From a virus (taxonomy: Duplodnaviria > Caudoviricetes): 43,554 nt of DNA. Location of the stretch: positions 1-43,554 of IMG/VR virus record IMGVR_UViG_3300025646_000091; one strand, 5' to 3'. The position numbers and the translations under genes are program-made. Below are positions 18,301 through 25,687 of the stretch, piece after piece (within the stretch, counting starts at the first letter, position 1; every line of letters starts with the position of its first letter). The notes beneath the pieces were generated by a model, which saw only the letters and a program-made list of their open reading frames with translations, had not been told where the DNA came from and made no database searches.

Positions 18301-18838
18301 TTTCATAGTTGCGATCCGTATCTTGTGCCAAAGATAAAAGTTTCGCTGAAGCAAGTTTTATCTTTTTCATGGTATCATCTGATACCCCTTGAGTATCAAA
18401 TTGATACTTTGGGTTGGTTACGCTTTCAACCTTGTAACCACTCCCGGTCTTAAATGATGTGTAGGACTCCTGTAAAGCACCCTCAGACTTGCCTATATCC
18501 AAAAGTCGATTCCTACCTAGTGTTGAGTTTGTAAAGGTCTTAGAGATGCCCCTACCGGCACTCCTTGCCATATCTGCAAGTACATCCAATAATTCAACAT
18601 CTGAATCATGCTCGAAAAAGTCATGCTTGTATGCATCAATAACCAAATCCTCCATCCCGGTAGGATTATCTTCACTATAAAGAGAAAGCATTTTGCGAGG
18701 AGTAACCAAAGGTTGCCCCTGCTCATCAGTCCCTTTCTTTAGTGCATCATATATATCTTTTGATGAAGGTTGGTACTCAAAGTTGAACTCACGAAAAACT
18801 CCAAGTTCTTCGCTTTCGATGCGAACAGGATATGTCAT
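9371..18838 (-). CDS. Giant (3155 aa) internal virion/ejection protein of polyvalent-protein type: HEXXH metallopeptidase plus ADP-ribosyltransferase-like domains
   Basis: Last gene of the ejection cluster; Gly/Ala-rich hydrophobic N-terminal segments; AHEIGHH; IEELQSD domain; VKVYRAVP...GDWVS...YAKMHG; WFGDSSVRDKDGNPLVVYH...YLKIKNP...GYDGLV...YVVLDPRQVKS...GTFD. Confidence 0.75.
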   Translation of the reverse strand: MTYPVRIESEELGVFREFNFEYQPSSKDIYDALKKGTDEQGQPLVTPRKMLSLYSEDNPTGMEDLVIDAYKHDFFEHDSDVELLDVLADMARSAGRGISKTFTNSTLGRNRLLDIGKSEGALQESYTSFKTGSGYKVESVTNPKYQFDTQGVSDDTMKKIKLASAKLLSLAQDTDRNYENSEDFMVEALGSVGLHVQDQEIRQEVARRAYEYSDTKGRATLYQSLAELVGGYELLKEVIKREYKSGDKYVANVDSTGGYPVTTWSKIDNEDDQIKAKINYLKAEQNSMDVMQEGAENFARVFDDKKVEVAVRNGVLKPDADQVLAGQFALDPAGIGSVGVTAGIAKGISKFQIGAIRKAQQAHANAVRNSAKYKYYSSLYEKHGTKLGANGSKLKDQINKGIITSEKEATELGSKLAKINEDLLKPGIVDDLASKTLTATGVTADFLGRTLEVLAKYPYETAVDMVMKASNVSEDVARNFVKASGAFTAGMIGFNEFKDGFTLDDLKNLGIGATILMTPRMLQAGGTALRHLGKHIVSNPGEISPSMMMQRMPLEDPALSKIIIDRSKGASFYNTYDAMKDVFYKGKDKSFMGLQNIGKGTQNVAKFVDKSGVGKVANFTGRQAKALVAGSAVAGAFGYAIGGEEGMAGGIGASLPFLAMGATAGELLRFTSMASLKIKQRGDVQRYRNEIKELGSERELGLFDRLRYDDQVVLSQMKIRYPDAIIELVDGDIKDTRGSHQITPDGQSYIEVNVNSPEPLAGAIAHEIGHHIKRYNLHKPIMDALFGDALSGKVGMYTRFHPMKDANGNILKDKSGKEIPNINDPVIIKDDNGVPYYDTNEEFAGRRAEYISKLKASKGVRQNMITEYENNRELIGEEIFTDIQAKRILTGQSSKDIGYSLPELGLVGLWETISGTPFIKDMTTLFGGAIHVDGGIFKDIKPSKQLNKIIRDFERKNARTHRGEIEDWYPINDDTTGEIVVNPQDILKTPGVGQLFNNGGIMRTDAEGNIVTDMFGNPKFYSPKEADLIQSKMAMDLQDAIDSLPDVDQGHVVEAGVDRYGRKYYKGRFLNERVIDKLEMSGRYNREQIRFLRMASQAGRRMQSGVPMDSIGNQFRMFYYSATGRGGKQYKTIRGKFRDTAVYGITITKDKNVIINAISLNDLNKNLNMLLNKKSRFQEISKAFGGQDKDQVKMNWANMYDKYLSNHMEGIVNGSEGSGITKEQANWLNAGFGAVNQHHVTLNPALEGLGMKRAESIATYRSFRIDRIGTMEQQGGGKHIDISRIANHMMPMPGAKLSPTQKYMPSSEKTPLRVTDPYEQMKSNVIEMLNDMPEKFQPKQLVDRAKKTPGALQELREYGLIEDFGNFVKNKETGRLELKKNKLGEPILEPEAVGKLEVDLSTKTTTDILFPEVPHLRKSMTKQDVIDMIEDNPLRMHISYRSNDRLRIPEDTRFYKTRNFNLLVLKRKPMTKEMFRKHAIDEVEKRIYAGDIEMGMPSITKNWNAEYRRLNNIPDSDGRYKDLQETIYTQKDFDNDPDSWVAYDIHDIAETDSLVPVGEFIYHPDMVSRKTYDADSDVKQLNYSYREQMEVNDMLGKYLDEISKIVPLTNEYGNFYSNYDIPVEHLTEFFARFQNPIKGLDDALLTEVDYAEYKKISDRARDNPNYHLNEQAFYIYDGVKYNGRKDNYQNGVDRHYLLETEERPKFPKYVTRGDHKFYEEKIYIFDGGGKYTYRKGQNVSQNKDLVFNQPHFEGAQNGFAHTRTTERQVRFLEEGTENPYQLEAEKTTTRHIEELQSDLHQRGKKFGYKEHNRVLSHNDLSTELANPKPVPDGTYDVSGLTEYDAYLKDRKTGEDVYHKSVYKDQSGQIYVYDWANDNVVKFQDDLSENYYPYRKDGKGTFDDWMADQASMEDLIVAGKGDRNEKLFPKYPYANSWPTLLVKSEIMDAKASGYDFITFNDGYEQNARYAGHTQRIGRVEVIDGDYFNAETGTQLRNLRLYDYGSETRGGIPNARHIHVVVDNQTGVILGQATADAPFKFAQTIQTSAQYDPYKLFLESVVGKKLDEVIPKGLAGDILRTGSKNKNFDTYNESASRFDGVQDRGSLITDGIEDPLYAGRDKKEPNIQSGRIYKSHEIADALTIDIQHPALQNFYDKELPTIFKKISKAIGAPIRRGLMATADQLQGKHFTPRRNNPRIIGLDLRNADITKLKKFLPSSHQVPTETLQGLPISKPPYRPAVRYQPKDNDLSYRGSHTAPQRYEGASLDNLENIYPEDFYSPEGIRYYTSGDKSDVEAHRIVARLRDNPDAMVKVYRAVPPNVTKINVGDWVSITRDYAKMHGERSVPGYIILETEAKASDLFSEGNSIQEWGYQPNIKYMPSGRPDKQVLSLQRELFTKQGEDPTIPPGLTTQEQVAYLQSRIKLMNFKMQQSKNQELPVWLQSKRTREIENHELIVREIELLSRDRMQFRDPFENYMPVSDLIKDNILFDDWFGDSSVRDKDGNPLVVYHSSTAHFDAFRNGELVGAHFGNHFGSLQQASDRLQSLSNKNFYSDKYAKKNLELADLESKIDDEINDLVGHSLERKLTDSEKVTLSELYTKREELRDRLMFSNYPLDGNIGAYYLKIKNPLRVSDIGEFDNLDAVVDEVIANLGDYNSLSDKLREVDEMVKYPQDYYHLSEQNKWKTLVEGMMDMGYDGLVYENLFEGEGDSYVVLDPRQVKSVHNKGTFDPNTDKVMYMPWVSPTKEKNIKMWQGKEMIPNVPVKPITEISGESVLPLEADRLIGKGEFMGGISHPFLKSNAESIVEVDGAKFVPKWANMSIGFVTNAENRIAKTTNGYAVIINMDTTAHKSNRLIMEKVMTQIHKLRGDMTPMQKKITAHMADIGASMMGDNNGRVLTPSQRKFKSLMGSAKSQHTRGKIDNYNNLLQKYVEQFQKEDWWNDKYVTKISKDFRKFGAGLTFNQRASVFDSIRGFDWLPDLDAYLHKTMDYRGGETDMAVGAVKLSQHKLGTDERIFAVYLGNDPAQARFMTENEKLVLQELKKLPQYREQTSYDWVMLGEPGGDFLFDKQVDLDKLIPDYRQRHEDFKISEAQKKHREAITTLLSGGDIEKSIKKFNDVTSAWRLISAVKDAPNRRLVVGAMKKNGQLEVRIPSE

Positions 18839-18842
18839 ACCC

Positions 18843-19982
18843 CTATTTTACTATTTTATTTAAAGGTGTAGACGAAAAGGGGTTACCACTACTTGTAGTT
18901 GTAGTTGGTTGCGTTGCATTTGCATCTCCACCTAAATTTATACCTGAAGGCATGGGAGGAACAAACCCCTGCATTGTTCCATGAGTTGTACCATATTCAT
19001 ATCTCTTTGCCTCTAGGTCTGCACTTGCTTTGACCTTTTGAAGCAAATCTCTAACCTTTATTAAGTTTTCTTGGTCAGAACCCGTTGGGTTGTAACCCCT
19101 CCTCATAAAGAGGTCACCTTCCTTTGCGGTAAACTGAGCACCAAGGGTTTCCCTAAGGTTTAATTGTATAACTGATTCAACTGCCTCCTTTAATGCCAAA
19201 CCTCCCTTATTTAATGCGTTTTGCATTATTTCAGGAAGGAATGACCTTGCAGTCCCTGCAATGTTCTCCCCGGTTGCGATTGCATTTTCAATCTGACCTA
19301 TTGCTCTCTCTAATTTTGCAATATTAGATTTAGCAATGTTTGGGTTGTAAGTAGCAAAATTCTTACCTGCCTCTGTATCCATTGCCTGTTGCATTGGACT
19401 CATGTTTGCAAAAGGATTTTGCGATCTTCCTCCAAACTTTTGGTATGCATCAAGAACACCCTGATCACTCATTGCTTGGGCAGTATCAGCAGGTAAGAAC
19501 TTAGAGAAATCTCTCAATCCTCCTTGTGCCATTGCCCCCCGGATTGCCTGAGCATCTTTAGCAATCCTTGTTTGCTCTGCTTGCATTATATTCTTTTGGT
19601 TTTGAATGTTTTCCAAATTGGCCTGAGCAAACTTATTCTGAGAATCTGCCATCATCCTATTGATGTCTGTTTGCTGAACTTGATTAGCAAACTTCTGCAG
19701 ATTCAAGATTTGATCTTGCTCAGTCTTGCGTTGGGCAACTTCCATTGTTTTCCTCTCAATGAATCCGGCAAGTTCTCCTCGAGACATTGATTGTGCCTCC
19801 CCTTTCTCCATCCCGTATCCCTGTGCAAGCAACTCAAGTCTTTTTTGATCTTCAGCAAGTGCTCTTGACCTTTCTCTGCGATCCCTGTCTTGCTCTTTCA
19901 TTCTATCAATGAAAGACCTTGCTTGCATTGCATTAACTTGAGGCACTCCACCCCCTGAAAATTGTGTGTTAAAATAACTCAT
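18843..19982 (-). CDS. Putative internal virion (DNA ejection) protein
   Basis: Gln/Ala-rich coiled coil, LRETLGAQFTAKEG segment, position before the giant gene. Confidence 0.55.
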   Translation of the reverse strand: MSYFNTQFSGGGVPQVNAMQARSFIDRMKEQDRDRRERSRALAEDQKRLELLAQGYGMEKGEAQSMSRGELAGFIERKTMEVAQRKTEQDQILNLQKFANQVQQTDINRMMADSQNKFAQANLENIQNQKNIMQAEQTRIAKDAQAIRGAMAQGGLRDFSKFLPADTAQAMSDQGVLDAYQKFGGRSQNPFANMSPMQQAMDTEAGKNFATYNPNIAKSNIAKLERAIGQIENAIATGENIAGTARSFLPEIMQNALNKGGLALKEAVESVIQLNLRETLGAQFTAKEGDLFMRRGYNPTGSDQENLIKVRDLLQKVKASADLEAKRYEYGTTHGTMQGFVPPMPSGINLGGDANATQPTTTTSSGNPFSSTPLNKIVK

Positions 19983-21577
19983 GATTGCAGTTCCTTTAGT
20001 GTTTTAAGTCCATCAAGTGTAGTCGATGCTCCCCCGGAAACTGAACTACTACTTTTGTTTGCCATAGCAATGTTGGCATTGTTACCAAGAATTGAACTGA
20101 AGTATGATGAAGTAGGATCATAATTTAGACCTTCGGTACTTCCATAATAGGTTGATGCCTCTGCAGTATTAGAACCTGATAATCCGAATGCTCTCGTAGG
20201 ATCAAAGGTGTTACTATTAACAACCTGATTTGTTTGTGTAACTGCATTTCTCTCATCTGTCATCAACCCAAGTAATGCTCCTTCATCCCTAGTTAATCTA
20301 TCCCTCATTGCATTGCTTGTGTTTAAAATAGACCTGCCCAATCCCCCGGACCGAAGATATGCTTGGTTCTGCAAGGATGGGTCAACAGAAGTAAGTGCAC
20401 TTGCAGTTATATCCCTCAACTCATCACTCTCTAACCTGCCCTGATTGGATACTCTCCTGCTTATGGAGTCCTTTAGTAGTTGTCTTGTTGGGTCATTCAT
20501 TAACCCCATTGATCTCTCAACAATTGCTTGTTGGTCTGCAGTCCTGAAATCTTGAGGGGTGAAACCCATTCCCCCTTCATACTCAGGTTGATAAAACTTA
20601 CGGGCAAGATCAAGACCCCTCTTGGTAATATTTGAGTCAATCTCAAATAGGTTGTTACTACTCCGATTTAATTGACCTAGTTTTGAGGTCTCATATCGAA
20701 TTGCTTGAGATATTGGACTCGTTGGATTTTGATCAGCAAACTCTACTAAAAATTGATCCGCAGTTAGGTAGGGATCAATTTTCTTTGCCTCTTCATATGC
20801 CAACTGCAAGGCCTCCCCCATCACCGGGTCATTAAAGAAATCCCCTGCAAGTGAACCAAATTGAGTTCTGTATGATGATAAGTTTTCAAGGTCTATCGTG
20901 CGAGGCATGTCACGATAACTTGCATCTATGATATAATCCGCAATGACCGGGTTAGTTATTGCAATGGTATCTTCCTCAAGTGATTTTTGGGTATTAATCT
21001 TTTCGGCAATTGCATCATCCTCAGACCAACCAAATATTTGATCTAGTCCTTCATAAATTAATGCTCCCCCCAAGATTGCAGTTAAAACTTTTTCTGAGTC
21101 TTCTAGAAGATCATCAAAAAAACCTTTTTCTTCTGCCTCTTTTTGCTTTGCTTCAAGTTCCTCTTTTGCTCTCTTTATGCCATCAACCTGTAGTTGTGCT
21201 TGTTGGACAGAAAGTTGCAGGAGTAATAATGTACTGCCATTTGTTTGGTCAGGACTATTAAGTGCGGAATCATATCTTGCTTCCAATAAATCAAGTCTAT
21301 TTTGCCTATCTGCTAACTCAGCATCAATTTTTGCTACTTGACTATCATACAGAGTTTGAGACTCCGCAATCTGCTCATCAGACTGACGAACAATATCCTC
21401 CCCTCCTGTTGTTGTTTCTTCAGTTACTTCAGGAGTTACGCCCGGAGTTGCCTTGTATTCCTTTGCCTTCTCAATTACTTTTTGCGTATCAATAGTTGGT
21501 GTTGTACTACCTCCTGAACCACCTAGGTTTAAGTTAGTTGTACCTGTATTGATTGTTGTTAAACCATATGCTGTCAT
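19979..21577 (-). CDS. Putative internal virion (DNA ejection) protein
   Basis: Coiled coil, a hydrophobic segment (VLTAILGGALIY) and a Ser/Gly-rich C-terminus; synteny. Confidence 0.5.
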   Translation of the reverse strand: MTAYGLTTINTGTTNLNLGGSGGSTTPTIDTQKVIEKAKEYKATPGVTPEVTEETTTGGEDIVRQSDEQIAESQTLYDSQVAKIDAELADRQNRLDLLEARYDSALNSPDQTNGSTLLLLQLSVQQAQLQVDGIKRAKEELEAKQKEAEEKGFFDDLLEDSEKVLTAILGGALIYEGLDQIFGWSEDDAIAEKINTQKSLEEDTIAITNPVIADYIIDASYRDMPRTIDLENLSSYRTQFGSLAGDFFNDPVMGEALQLAYEEAKKIDPYLTADQFLVEFADQNPTSPISQAIRYETSKLGQLNRSSNNLFEIDSNITKRGLDLARKFYQPEYEGGMGFTPQDFRTADQQAIVERSMGLMNDPTRQLLKDSISRRVSNQGRLESDELRDITASALTSVDPSLQNQAYLRSGGLGRSILNTSNAMRDRLTRDEGALLGLMTDERNAVTQTNQVVNSNTFDPTRAFGLSGSNTAEASTYYGSTEGLNYDPTSSYFSSILGNNANIAMANKSSSSVSGGASTTLDGLKTLKELQS

Positions 21578-21607
21578 CTTAATCTTGGGTTGAAATTGTT
21601 ATTATCC

Positions 21608-24079
21608 TCATGGTTGGTCTGAATATAACCAATCGACAAAATTATTTACTTCCGTTTGTATGGCAGTATCTACTGAAACATCAGCAATAGTATCAGGTAA
21701 TATCCCGAAACTATATCCTCCAAAACTCATGTCCGTACTATTATCAAAAACAAACCCTTGCTGATAATCGTTGAATAAATCTTCTGTCGATGTTGGTTCG
21801 TAGAAAGATGTATCAATGTTTTCATAATCACTAAAAACATAATCCGATAGATCATTTGCATCTGCATAGTCCCATGCAAGTTGCCCTAAATAATCACTAA
21901 AGGGGTCATTCCCTTGCATAATGTTATTATCTACTCTACTTAGTATCGTATCAATACCATCAGGTAATTGAAGTGTGTAGTCACCTATTTGGGTATCATC
22001 AATTGTTTGTTGTAACTTATAAATAGTTAAGTCTCTCGCAATTGTTTCTGCGAAATCATCAAATTCTGACTTATTGGCGATTGTTTTAATGCTCAACCCC
22101 ATCTGCTTTGCGGTTTCATCATCAACACCAAGACCATCCTTGACGCTATTGTACTTTGCTAACAATGCCTTTATGCTATCTTTGCGTCCATCCTGACCCA
22201 TTTCCAAAACATCCTGATAGGTGTATTCAGGAATTTGATCTAATATATCGTTCAACTTTTGTTGCTTCGTTTTTGCACCGGACCTGATGTATGGTTCAGA
22301 GGCAAGTATGGTATATCCTGCAGGGATTTTAAAACCGATATCGTACCAATCATAATTTGATGTGTTAGGTCCATCATCAATCTGAAATTTCCCCCCGTTA
22401 CCCATATCAATAGAACCCTTACGATTATTCGCTAGTGCTTCTATGATTCGTTGTGCCGGACTACCCGGACTTTCACTATAATAATACCCCCAACTGCCTC
22501 CTACTTTATAATACTTCCCTTCCCGACTTGGCAAATTCCTTGCTTTTTTGTCCATTGCCCAACTTTGCTCTGTAAACTGCTCGTCCCTAACTTCTTGGGC
22601 ATAGACAGGTTTCCTCTCTAACCATGCCTCACTAGCAGTCTTTGCATTACCCTCAATAAAGTCTAGAGTTTCTTGTGCTAATTCTTCATTGTACCCTGAG
22701 TATTCTCCGATCCAATAAAGGTCACCATCATTTGTCCATTCCCTACTGAATGTGTCTTTAAAACCTGAATCAACAAATCTTTCTGCACCATCAAGTGTTG
22801 CACTCTGCACTCCATTATAAATATCTAAAACATCAGGTTCGATGTAGTATTCCCCTAGCATTTTCTTTAGGTCACCTTGGTTACCATCAAATGCCATATT
22901 TAAGTCTACTTTGCTTTGGTCTTTTACATCATTTATATCAATCGGTTTCGCTAAAAATGTTGTGGGGTCTATGACAAAATCATCAGGAAGTTTAGTTCCG
23001 GAATATATGTCTGAATGATTTAAAAATGGATTATTGTGAGGGTCTTTTGCCCACTCCTTGAACCGATCAATATTTTCCTGACCATATTCTATCTCAGCAA
23101 CTTTCCTCCCGTAATCACTAGTCCATAATTCTGATCTTCCCTGTAGTACACTTGGGTCACTTATTGACTGAACTGCGAGTTGAAAAGGCACACCTGTTTC
23201 AACCATGTCGTCAATCAGGTTCTTAGTGATATCAGGAAGTTTTTCGTACCTTGTATTTGCCTCTTTTCTTTCTTCGGTAACAAATAAATCTTTTATATCT
23301 AACAGAGACTTTTTTAACTCCCCTGTGGGGTTACTCCAAATTAATGACTCAGGGTCTTCATTGTCTGCACCTCCGGGTAGATAATTTCCAAAGAATGTTT
23401 TATCAACATATTCATACCCTTCACCAAGTAAGTTTGCAATTGTGTCCACAAAAGCAAGAGGAAGTTGGGCGGTTTCGCTTACTGCCTTACCAACCTTTGT
23501 GTCAATCACGGGTTCTAATAACTTATCATAAAAAAGTTCTGAACCATCCCTAACCCACTCACCAATTAAAGTATCATTTAACCAATCTCCTGACTTGTCG
23601 ATTGCTTCAGTAATTTTCCTTGCTATGGGGATATCTCCATACTCAGAGTCCTCATCTTGCGACAATGCATTAGCAGTCATTATCAACCCGGCAATTGGGT
23701 TTGCCCCTGCAATCCCTAAGGTTGCTCCTGTCTCAAATAGATTTCCTAAACTGAATGTTTCACCAAAGTATTTTTGACCTCCCCCTCGAGGGTTATCGGT
23801 CATATTGGCAAACATTTGCAACTTATTATAAGCATCAACCCCCTCGCTGAATGCATTAAAGGTTTCAGCAGTCTTTATGTACTCAGGGGCATAATCTAAA
23901 TTATTTAAAACAACAGGTTGTAAGGCACTTAAAGCAAGGTAACCTGCACCAACACCTGTATTTAATTGGTTTCCTGTCTCAACAAAATTATTGTTAAAAG
24001 CATTCGGGTCTTCACGCAATATTGAGTCCTGCCCCATACCGGGCAGAGAAGTTAAATATTGCTTTCCGAATGTAGACAT
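21608..24079 (-). CDS. Hypothetical acidic virion protein, 823 aa
   Basis: Long ORF between fibre and ejection genes; no recognised motif. Confidence 0.45.
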   Translation of the reverse strand: MSTFGKQYLTSLPGMGQDSILREDPNAFNNNFVETGNQLNTGVGAGYLALSALQPVVLNNLDYAPEYIKTAETFNAFSEGVDAYNKLQMFANMTDNPRGGGQKYFGETFSLGNLFETGATLGIAGANPIAGLIMTANALSQDEDSEYGDIPIARKITEAIDKSGDWLNDTLIGEWVRDGSELFYDKLLEPVIDTKVGKAVSETAQLPLAFVDTIANLLGEGYEYVDKTFFGNYLPGGADNEDPESLIWSNPTGELKKSLLDIKDLFVTEERKEANTRYEKLPDITKNLIDDMVETGVPFQLAVQSISDPSVLQGRSELWTSDYGRKVAEIEYGQENIDRFKEWAKDPHNNPFLNHSDIYSGTKLPDDFVIDPTTFLAKPIDINDVKDQSKVDLNMAFDGNQGDLKKMLGEYYIEPDVLDIYNGVQSATLDGAERFVDSGFKDTFSREWTNDGDLYWIGEYSGYNEELAQETLDFIEGNAKTASEAWLERKPVYAQEVRDEQFTEQSWAMDKKARNLPSREGKYYKVGGSWGYYYSESPGSPAQRIIEALANNRKGSIDMGNGGKFQIDDGPNTSNYDWYDIGFKIPAGYTILASEPYIRSGAKTKQQKLNDILDQIPEYTYQDVLEMGQDGRKDSIKALLAKYNSVKDGLGVDDETAKQMGLSIKTIANKSEFDDFAETIARDLTIYKLQQTIDDTQIGDYTLQLPDGIDTILSRVDNNIMQGNDPFSDYLGQLAWDYADANDLSDYVFSDYENIDTSFYEPTSTEDLFNDYQQGFVFDNSTDMSFGGYSFGILPDTIADVSVDTAIQTEVNNFVDWLYSDQP

Positions 24080-24084
24080 GAAAG

Positions 24085-25686
24085 TTAAGCAGGAACTTCA
24101 ATAGGTGGAGGAACGGAACTATGTTTAAATTCCTCCACATCGGATGGGCATTCTATGCAATCCAATTCGGTAATGAAGTTCCCTTCATCATCTGTATTAC
24201 TACCATTGATATAATTATCGTCATTTCTTTCGCCAATAACCAACCAATCGACTATATCGGTGCAGTCTGCATTCTCGCATTCTATGTAAAGTTTATTACC
24301 TTCAACTCTACCCTTAACCCTATCCCAACCTGCATTGTTTTGTACAAAAACTTGTACATCTTTTACCAACTTTACAAAAGTTCCTTCTGCCATATTCGCA
24401 TTGTCATCAAGATTTACCGGGTCAGCACCTAATGTGTGCTTACCCCGGTAAATTAAATCACCCTTGGGTGCTTCAACTGCACAATGTTGTAAGTCTTTCC
24501 CTTCTAGTACAGGATGGCATATTCTAAAGTTCTTAGTCCCTGAAACACCAAAATCCCCAAAAACCGCTAAATCACTAGGATATGCAGTAGAACCAATATT
24601 TACTCTATTGGTTAATCCTGACGAATTTAGTGCCAATATTTCAAATATCTTGTAGTTCCCTATTGGATACCAAGACCTTAAAAACCAACTATATGCGGTA
24701 TCAGTAGTATCATAAGCAGTTACCTGAATAATAGGTGACTGATTTGCTTGGCGTGGTTGAGGGTATAACCACATGAACTCTCCCCTAAATTGATAGGAAG
24801 TTGTTTTATCTGCCTCAGAACTTGACATGAAAAATTTAAGTCCCTCATAATTTGCATCAGTATGTGTGTAAGGGGCAATTGATGGTGAACTTATCGACAT
24901 CAATTGACTATTTTCATCTAAATAGTTAAAAGTTATTTGGTGTTCATTATTTGGTGAGTCCGCAACAAAAATAGTATTATTACCAATCTGAAAAAAATTG
25001 GATGTGAAAAGATTTGCACCACAATAAATGTTTCTTGATGAAGAAATATCTTCAGTTACTTTTATGCCATATTTTTGACTCCATGTCCCATTAACTTGGG
25101 TACTTGTACTTTCATCAAAACCTGTCAGGTTAATGTATTTGGCCTGAATCCCTGACTGCATTGTCAATGCACCATTTGTATTGGAGAATGTAGATGTACC
25201 TGTTCCCGGAGTTCCAAACTGAACTTGACCCGTGTAAGCAATATTTCCACTAAAAGAACCATCAACTTGTAGGTTTCCCTTTATGTGGGCATCATTTGTC
25301 TCTAAATTACCTGACTCCATTTTGAAGTCACCTGTCTGCATTACTATTGCCCCGGTGCTCCCATCAATGGTTGTTTGTTGCCCTTGAACTCCTGCAACTA
25401 CTCCACCCTCAAATAGGATGTTTAAAGTCCCAATCATGTCAGTTTTGGCAAGTCTTTTAATTTGAGATGTTGATGTGTCATAAATCAACAAGAAGTCACT
25501 ATCATCCACATCCGATCTTGGCATAATTGGATGCCCCATTATTGCACCCTCAATGCTATCCTCAGAAAGATGAGATGCCTTGATTACACCATCATTGATG
25601 GTAGCATCTTCAACTACTTTGTTTAAGTTGTTTGCAGTTACTAATTGCCCGTCTGCAAATGAGAATCCCGGTGTGATATCGCTCAT
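24085..25686 (-). CDS. Tail fibre/spike protein with C-terminal chaperone-like domain
   Basis: N-terminal anchor ITPGFSFADGQLVTANNLN, beta-rich body, GTKNFRICHP...LQHCAVEAP...IYRG tail domain. Confidence 0.7.
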   Translation of the reverse strand: MSDITPGFSFADGQLVTANNLNKVVEDATINDGVIKASHLSEDSIEGAIMGHPIMPRSDVDDSDFLLIYDTSTSQIKRLAKTDMIGTLNILFEGGVVAGVQGQQTTIDGSTGAIVMQTGDFKMESGNLETNDAHIKGNLQVDGSFSGNIAYTGQVQFGTPGTGTSTFSNTNGALTMQSGIQAKYINLTGFDESTSTQVNGTWSQKYGIKVTEDISSSRNIYCGANLFTSNFFQIGNNTIFVADSPNNEHQITFNYLDENSQLMSISSPSIAPYTHTDANYEGLKFFMSSSEADKTTSYQFRGEFMWLYPQPRQANQSPIIQVTAYDTTDTAYSWFLRSWYPIGNYKIFEILALNSSGLTNRVNIGSTAYPSDLAVFGDFGVSGTKNFRICHPVLEGKDLQHCAVEAPKGDLIYRGKHTLGADPVNLDDNANMAEGTFVKLVKDVQVFVQNNAGWDRVKGRVEGNKLYIECENADCTDIVDWLVIGERNDDNYINGSNTDDEGNFITELDCIECPSDVEEFKHSSVPPPIEVPA

Positions 25687-25687
25687 G

